64,000 nucleotides of DNA from the human T2T-CHM13v2.0 reference genome, Homo sapiens: assembly GCF_009914755.1 (NCBI RefSeq), contig NC_060939.1. One strand, given 5' to 3'. This document shows, piece by piece, positions 52,632 through 64,000 of this stretch (positions are counted from its first letter, which is position 1; each line of letters begins with the position of its first letter). Position numbers and translations under genes: made by a program. The notes beneath the pieces were generated by a model. It had not been told where the DNA came from, made no database searches, and saw only the letters and a list, made by a program, of their open reading frames with translations.

Positions 52632-54855
52632 GACTAAGTGAAATCTTGGCCTTAGCTGGTATAAAGAAAACCAGGAATAAAAGCCAGTACAGACCAGCAT
52701 AATTTATGTGTATATAGGGAGGTGGTACACTGGCATAGCCTTGAAGGTAAGAGTACAGATATTAAAATCCATACATCTGAGTTAGAATCAGTTTTGCATT
52801 AATGAGCTGTGTGTCCTGGAGATGTTACTCAATCTCAAGCCTCAGTATCCCTCAGTAAAAGGGGATATTAAAAATACTTTCTAAGCACATTGTAAGAATA
52901 ACATTAAATTATATATACATATACATATGTGTACCCAGGCACTGCTTGTTACCTAGTAAACTCCTAGCAGTTGTGCAGGCTCGGGAATAGTGATAGAATG
53001 CCTTACTATGAATACACTGGTTTTATTTTCAGAAGAATGACTCAAAGAATGTTAAACAAAGGATGGCAGTGATCCTCATATACAATAAAAATAAACTTTA
53101 AGGCCTGAATAAAGGCAAAGGTATTCTAAAATTTAATTTTTTTCCGTTATTTTCTACTAAGCCAAACTTAGGTAGCTTTTGCATAAAGGTATATAAACTA
53201 CAGAGAAACAAAAGTAATTTTTCCATTTTGAATGTGCAGAGATAAATTATTTGAAGGAGATAAAATCCACTACTTCAATGATGAAATAATGGGAGATAAA
53301 TTAAAAAGAGATAGGTAACTAAGTTCAGATCTCCAGTGGCAGGATTATGTATGGTGATTTTTATTTTATTTTTTACTTTACTTACATTTTTTCCTATAAA
53401 AGTATTTAATTAGGAAAATTAGTGTTCTTTTCATAAAGTATATATGCCGCTATGGGGCACAGATTGCAGTGAAAGTATGAATGCATGAATTTTCTACTGT
53501 TACTCCACTGCTTGATAAAATCCCTTACTTTTAATTTTTATCTGCCTTTTTAGTTCTTTTAACTTCTCACTCTTTGGGTAAACATCACTTATGATCAATG
53601 GATGCTTGATTTTCTTGCTAACCAGTGCCCTAAACCTGGAAATTACAAGAAAAAACTTGAATGAAACCACTGTGCAATTAAAAAAACAAATTATATAATA
53701 TTTTATATCAAAACTTAGAAACTTTAGAAAAGCATGCAAATATAAAACATATATATCATGATAGTTTTAAATGTTGTTTCCTAGCAAGTATTTGCTTTTT
53801 CAATTTCGATTCTTTTAAGTGAGGCATTAAACTGAGTAAATGACTATGTCTTTCACAATGAATGTTAGAGCCTTTTAAGACTTCAGTCTGCAAACTATTT
53901 TCAGTATTATCAAAATATTTTGCATTTATTTAAATGGGAAAACACCTCATGTCCTATGCAAATCTCAGCTTACTTCCTTCCCCAGACTTTGTTTCCGCCA
54001 GTTAGGTATGATTTTACAAGTCTACAGCCTCCTTGTGAAACCTGACCTCTCTCTTCCCTCCACAGTCAGTGTTAACGTAAACCAAGAGCCCCACAAGAAG
54101 TCATTAAAGCTGTGCTGTTAAGAGGCCAGAGCTCTATAAAATAGGCAAGAAACAAGGTCTTGAGAAACATGCGCTGTCCTCAAAAACAACCTTGCAAACA
54201 CAATAAATGTAAGTGCCTATTTTATTTGCGACTTCCTCCTCTTCACCTGTCTATTTAATCATTTGCTTCTATGATTTATAGTCAGAAAAAAAAACATTAA
54301 AAATGCCAAGATGAAAATGTTTTCCAAACTTTTATTTGACTAGAAAGCAACACTTATATGACTCTACACTGGAAATGTATGACTACTAATTTAATAAATA
54401 TTTAAGTAATACGCTATGCATGCTTCTAAAAGGTTGCAATGAATAAAATGCTTAATACGCGATTTTAAAACCAAATAAAAATGATGAATACAGTCTGAAA
54501 TTACATACCATCTAACAATTTAAAATACGTCCACTACAATTTCCTAATGTAAGAAAAACATCACATTCTTTTTAAAACTGCAGAGAAAATATTATTTAAA
54601 CATAAAATAATGAGGTCAGAATCCTAACGCAGGGTTTTAAACGGTGGTCCTAACACTGCAGTTCAGCCAGGGGATCCCAAGGCCTCATCGACTGCACCAG
54701 TCACTGCTGCCACACCCCCTCCTTGGGGAATCCTAAATGGCAGGGCAACGTGGGCAGAAGCACGTTCCAGAGGCCTCAGTGCTGTTTCCACATCTCTAAG
54801 TCACCAGTCAGTAGCTCTGGGAAATCTATAAGTAGCTCATCAAGAACACAGGGAG

Positions 54856-55472
<617 letters not shown>

Positions 55473-56663
55473 TCAGAGTTCAGTATTGAGTTTGATATAT
55501 ATTAACGTAAAGCTTATTTTTATGACACTGGTCTTTCAAATCAACCATGCGTTTGTATACTTTAGGCTTTACTAATCAAAACACAGTGGTAACTTCTTGC
55601 CTTATCAAGTCTGATTCACTCTGAGGCTTCCTACTTGAAGACTGACATGCAACTGAACATTAAGTAAAACTAAGAGATCTAGTCCCAACATTTCATGCTA
55701 TCAATAGGTGAAAGTTAACCAAAGAACAGGTTTCAAACAGAAGGAAAACTTATATCCTTAAGACTAGGCAAGAAGCTATTTGTTATCTTAAATTATTTAA
55801 CAGGAAAAAATCATCTGCTTAATAAAAATAATGTAACAAGACAAATGTGATCACTACATCTTGGGTGTCAACTCCTCTGTACAACTGTACTAAATATACA
55901 ACAGCCATTCTATAAGTGGTTTATTACCTAATTTCTAGTGAACATGTTATCCTGCTTGAATCTGACAACTCTGACAACCAGGTGCCATGAAATACATTTT
56001 GCTTTTGAAAGAAAATATTTAGATCAAAATACGTGACTAAATAAATATAAATAAAACAAAGGCTAGAGACTTTGTAACAAAGTTGGGAACCAGGGACTCT
56101 AAGAAATGTGCCCTACATGCAAAGTTTCTACAGACTATTTTCCAGTATATTCCTATAGTGCATTCATATTTTAAAACGCACCTTTAATAATACCTGAGAA
56201 TTTGTTGCTTCTTTAATATTTCATCCGCTTTGCTCTCTGCCAAATGCTAGACCTGGGACTCCCCATGTTCAATTTATTTGGCCAGAAAGAGGGTAACACA
56301 AAACTGTTCAAGTTCCTCCTGACCACTGGGCCACTCACTGCTTTTCAGGAACTCTCTTATTAATCTCATTAGTAACTGGTTTTAACCATTCCCTACAATT
56401 ATTCAGGTCCCCAATCACTTTTACCAGAGATTGTAAATTCCTTGAGTTCAGAGAACATGTCTTACTTGTCTGTGTTGCTAACAGCCAGAACAGTGCCCTG
56501 CATACAACAGGCACTCGATAAAGGTTTACTTGAATGAACTCAACAAACCACATCACCACCTCCCTCCTACTCACATTAGAAAACTTTGCCTCTTATCTCC
56601 CTCAGAAGAGTAACAGAAGGGATTTTGGCTGTTATAACTCTACCGTACAGCCCTAAGCAAATT

Positions 56664-56948
56664 TCTTTTTCTGTTTGTTTGTTTGTTTGAGATGGAGTCT
56701 TGCACTATCGCCAGGCTGGAGTGCAGTGGTGCAACCTGTGTCTGGGTTCAAGCGATTCTCATGCCTCAGCCTCCCAAGTAGCTGGGATTACAGGCGCACT
56801 ACACCACACCCAGCCACTTTGTATTTTTAGTAGACACAGCGTTTCACCATGTTGGCCAAGCTGGTCTCGAACTCCTGACCTCAGGTGATCTGCTCACCTT
56901 GGCCTCCCAAAGTACAGGGATTACAGGCGTGAGCCACCGCGCCCAGCC
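56664..56948 (-). mobile_element. AluS
   Basis: Reverse Alu; TSD caaatttctt. Confidence 0.88.
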
Positions 56949-57435
56949 TCAAATTTCTTACTTTTCCTGAACATGTTTTGTTCTGTAAAGTAAGGGACTT
57001 AAAAGGGTTATTATGGATAACGTAAGGTAATGCATGTAAAGTACTTAATATATTTCCTGTATTATTAAAGCACTCAGTAAATTTTAGCTATTTCTATTAT
57101 CTTGCTGGACATAAACACCATTGATTCTTCTCCTTACCACCTCAAAATCTCTCCCTATTCACCTAGCTTCTCTTCCTTCACTTCTGGTTCTGAGGAATCA
57201 GTAACCATTCCAACTTGCACCAAGGTTAACCTTCTCCTGACGCTCTTAATCCCATCCCTCCTACCAGCTCTGCGCCCTTATTCCATTTATTATTCCCATT
57301 CTTTTGCATCACTCTCTCATTACTAGTTTCCTCATCAGTGCTTGAAAACATAAACTTATCTTCCCTGTCCTAAAAAGTAGCATCTAGATCTCAGGCCAAG
57401 CTAATATCCAATCAGGGTCTCTTCTGTCACTTTAG

Positions 57436-57771
<336 letters not shown>

Positions 57772-59089
57772 TAGGGCAGGATGGAGAGGAGAGAGGAAGA
57801 GCCACAGGTGTATTTATATGCAGGATTCAGGAGGCTCCTGGGAATGGATTTTACCTTTAGAGAAGAAATGATGCTCATAAGTTTCATTTAAAAACAATGT
57901 GGCAGTTTAGGTGTGGTATAGTGTCAGAATTTGTGACTGCCTGACTCTCAAATTAGGGCAGTCATCAGGACTCGTGAATCATGCTCATAGAAAAAAAGGA
58001 GCAGTACAGAGAGGGATGGGGAGAGGGGAGAGAGTGCGGGGGTGGGGGAGATTCATTTGGGCATTGGCTGAAACTTAGTTCTGCTCTTCCCCTTCTTCTC
58101 ATAACTGCGCATGACTAGTCTAGAAAACAAAACAAAACAAAACAAATGGTAGCGCTCTTCTCAGCAACTGCTGCCATTCCTTCCAGTTCTAAAGAGCCTT
58201 CCCAGAATCACAGTTCAGTGTACCCCAATCCACCTTCTAACTTTATATTATAGGATTTTTGGAGCTAATAGATATTATTTCTCTAGTTACAGCCATTGTA
58301 GCCATTTAAAAAATGACCCAACTTGGATGATCTTAAAACTCAATGATATGTTCAAATTATTCATAAAATAATTTTCAATGGCAAGTTTTCTAAAGCTTGG
58401 GCTTAACTGTTAAACTGTTAACTGTTAATGGCTTTTTTTTGGTATTTTCCCCCACCTTTCCACCTTCTGGCACCCCTTCCAATGAATACTCAACAAGAGA
58501 ACAAGTTTCATGAAGTTAGTATCTGTCTCCTAAAGCCCAAGAGTAAGAAATTAGCAGTGATTTCAATGAACCTAAAAGTCATAGTGCTTTATACATAACT
58601 GCTTATCATTAAATGTCCACCAAAATAAAACTAACTCACAATTGGCTATGATGGCAATTTGCTTAATGGGAAATGAAGATTTAGAATAAGACAATGAATA
58701 ACTTAAAATCAGTCCAAATTCTCTTATATTATTTTCAGCATCATTATTTTGTACATTTCAGTTCTAGCACATAAGGAGGTAATGACATATTTATATCTGT
58801 ACATAAATATATGTATCATAAAGCACAGAAATGTGTTGGGACTTAGAGACTAGATTAGCCAGCAGACACAATGCCTATGACAAAGGATAAGGACAGCTGT
58901 ATTTTCATTGGTCTAAGGGGCCTTGGACAAATCTAGAGCAGAGAACCCTTCATCCAGGAACTAGCATGATTATATTAAGTATTCACCAGATATAAAAAGG
59001 CTGGACACAAAATATACGAAAACAAGAAGTGGTAGAAAATTAAAGACAGGCAATTTTGCCCAGGCCAGCCCTGTCCTTACAGGCATAAT

Positions 59090-61260
<2,171 letters not shown>

Positions 61261-63734
61261 TCAAGAAGGCTATACTTCTTTAAAAAACAGAAAAGATTCT
61301 ATTTAATTTTCTAGCCAGTGTTAAAGAAGAAAACTTATAAATTAAGCAGGAAGACAGCACACAGAGATTTAAAAAGCTGACTCCTAGAGACTATCTTCAC
61401 CTCTTCTATAAAGTTAGTCCTGATTTTCCCAAGTAGAACTAGAGACCCCTTTAATATTCCCAGGAGCTTAGGATATCTTGTTTGCTTCACTGTTTGTTTC
61501 ATCAGTTTTACTTTCTGCTCTCATCCACAGAATAGAGTCTTTTATCTTTTTATTTCTGGCACAGCACCACAGATAGAAAAGGCAGTCAATAGACATCTGA
61601 TAAACACACAAATAAAATTTGTCCTAGAGTATGTATGGATTCAATTCAGTCATCACCTCCTTCATCTAGAGCATATAGTATAATGTGTACATAGTAATAA
61701 TCTGAAGAACCATAAGATGCTGAAACTAAGTTTAAATTACTTTATAACACTATACATGAAAAGTGCACACAAAAATATTTATCCTAATAACTAGAAATGG
61801 ATCTATGTTCCAGTTCTAACTATTAGAGGAACAGGAGGAGCCAGAAACCTAGAGCCCTCCTATTCCTATTCTTCTACCTATGGAAATGGTCAAAGAGCAG
61901 TCACACCTCTGCTGAGAAGCTAGGAGAGTTGGTATCAGTAAGCATTACACACACATGTGCAAACACACACACACACACAACCTGAAAAGCCCAGCCTAAC
62001 CCTCTGCCTCTTGATGCCAGTGGCACACACAGGATTGCAATTCGGGGACAGACCTTTTACAGGCTGCTGATCCAGCATATCCTGCAGACACATGTCAGTT
62101 CCGGGGTCCCCTGACATTCTAAACCTATCTTGGGAATTCTCATAATATTCAACATAGCACAGAATCCACTAGGCCAGACTTGAAATTATTCAGAATTTGG
62201 TCCTAGAACCAGTTGGTCTGTTCCTAGGAATCTCAAGTGAGAAATGGATTTTCTAGAGTGGCTGCAGGTTCTTGGAATTCATATGTGACCAAGACTGCTG
62301 AACATTTGAGTACTTCTTCAGGATTAAACTACAAAAATACAAATATTTTTACCACTATTGAGTGCTAAAATAAAAGCATACTCTTTTGTACATGCATCTA
62401 TGCCACACTGATATTTCTACTCTTCTAAAGCAGAGGAGAAAATAGTTACAGTAAATGATTTACAATATTGAATTCACAATCACTTCTAATGTCCTCATCT
62501 GCGGCTGAAGTATAGGGCTCTTCAGCTACCCCTTGGCTCATGTTCTGCTGGACTGATGGAGCCCACCCTAACGAGATCAGAAGTAACTAGGGCTTGACAG
62601 GCAACTAGGGTGGGTTCCCAGGACCAGATTATGAAGAACACCAGAAGTAGATGTAGAAATGTGATAAGAGGAAGAGTCTGTGTTGGTAGGAATTTAAAGA
62701 AGAGGTTAAAAACAAGGAAAATCATACACCTCAGCAAAATAAATAGGAACAGGTTGTCAATAAGAAAAGTCCAGGGAAGTAAGTTTTCGATAATCATTAA
62801 ATTGTCAAAAAATTACCACCAACATTCTTTGTCTTCATCTCTAGAGCTGATAAAATGAAGATAAATCACTATTCACTTTGCCTATTACATCTTTCTCAAC
62901 TTCTCAATTTAAACTTGACTTAAATTTTTAAAAACTATTCTGTCTCCATATGGCACTCTCATAATCTAGACAGACTTGTGTTAGTTTAGGAGTAAAATCT
63001 GATCTCACTTTGAAAGACATCCCCAACTGGGACTTTCTTCTTCTCAAATTATCTGTCTTCCCAGCAACAGTGTGTGGTCACAGAAGTGTATGCGACATGC
63101 TAATGCATTTATCAAGTGATTATTCTTGGCCCCTCTGCTGGCAAAAACAAGCAGGAAATGGTACAGAAAAAACATGCATAGTAAGCCACATTAACCAGCT
63201 TCAAAGCTGTTCAACTTGTGTGGCTCCTATGAATTCAAGGGGGAAAAAAAAGTGTCACTGCTTTGTCTTTACCAAGACCACTTTCCCTTCAGCCTTTTGC
63301 CAAGTGATTGCCTTATATTGCCTAATCCAAGAGATGCCTTTCTTATGCCTTGTTGTCATTCCATAAAGAATTAGTTCTGCTTAATAGCTCAACTGTGCAG
63401 GAAGAACATTCCATGCAATTTTACACTTTGCATCGGTCACAGAAAGAGAATCAATAAAGCATTAAGAAGAGTGAGGTTTTTGTGACAAAATTCATGTCAC
63501 TTAGCAACTTCATCTGTGCAGAAATTTATAATGAGAAAAATCACCAAATCCATCAAGATCACAGCAGAAATATTTCTACTAGGATTACTTTTGCTTTACA
63601 AATGGTTATTTCAAGGACATTTAAAACCAATTCAAGAGATACAGTATATTAAATTATTTGTTGATAAACATTATAGCATTGTTCTTCATCGTTTTATATA
63701 TATATTGCTTTATCAAATCATAAAATCCTTGGTT

Positions 63735-63809
63735 CTCCTTTCTCTTCCACATAATAACCACTCAGTGGTATTTAGTACTCCTTTCTCTTTCACATAATAA
63801 CCACTCAGT
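63735..63809. repeat. Local tandem duplication, period 43
   Basis: ctcctttctcttYcacataataaccactcagt at 63735-63766 and 63778-63809. Confidence 0.9.
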
Positions 63810-64000
63810 ATTTACTAAATGCCTGTTATGCCACACAATTCATTAAAATTTATACAATCATAATTTATAACATCAATTAGTCTACTTATGACATTCAGTC
63901 ACAAACTGGGAATCAATCACTACGAAATGCCTCTCTCTTTCATCTTCTCATAGCTGTTAAATTAAAAAGCAAGCCAATTTAATTGATAACAGGATATATA

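Noticed and set aside
57850-57872. Second AG|GT juxtaposition TTTCTTCTCTAAAG|GTAAAA in intron 2
   Set aside because: AAG acceptor and weak +5/+6 donor; below the 21776 candidate and likely chance

Overview
Human genomic DNA (young AluYb8 and AluYg6-type insertions) covering the middle of PRTG (protogenin, DCC/neogenin-family Ig/FN3 receptor) on the minus strand. Ten coding exons were reconstructed by hand, each with GT-AG boundaries and matching phases (145, 134, 138, 159, 160, 248, 165, 306, 189, 96 nt). They encode Ig2-Ig4 and FN3 repeats 1-3. The numbering as exons 3-12 is inferred from recalled gene structure. Nine exons cluster in 31589-43087, flanked by a 31.2-kb intron (341-31588) and an intron of more than 20.9 kb (43088 to the window end). 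The rest is AT-rich intron with about 40 Alus plus MIR, L1, L2, CR1, MaLR and DNA-transposon relics, and a 42-nt 5S rRNA retro-fragment. No promoter/CpG island, tRNA or CRISPR array was seen. Best leads: (1) the exon 3-11 block is 1644 nt, phase 1 to phase 1, and bracketed by long introns and inverted Alus, so a back-spliced circle would carry an endless ORF; (2) intron 11 holds a candidate hairpin-masked microexon, a poison/terminal exon and a recursive splice site. All of these are hypotheses from sequence only. Repeat subfamily calls and boundaries are by eye.
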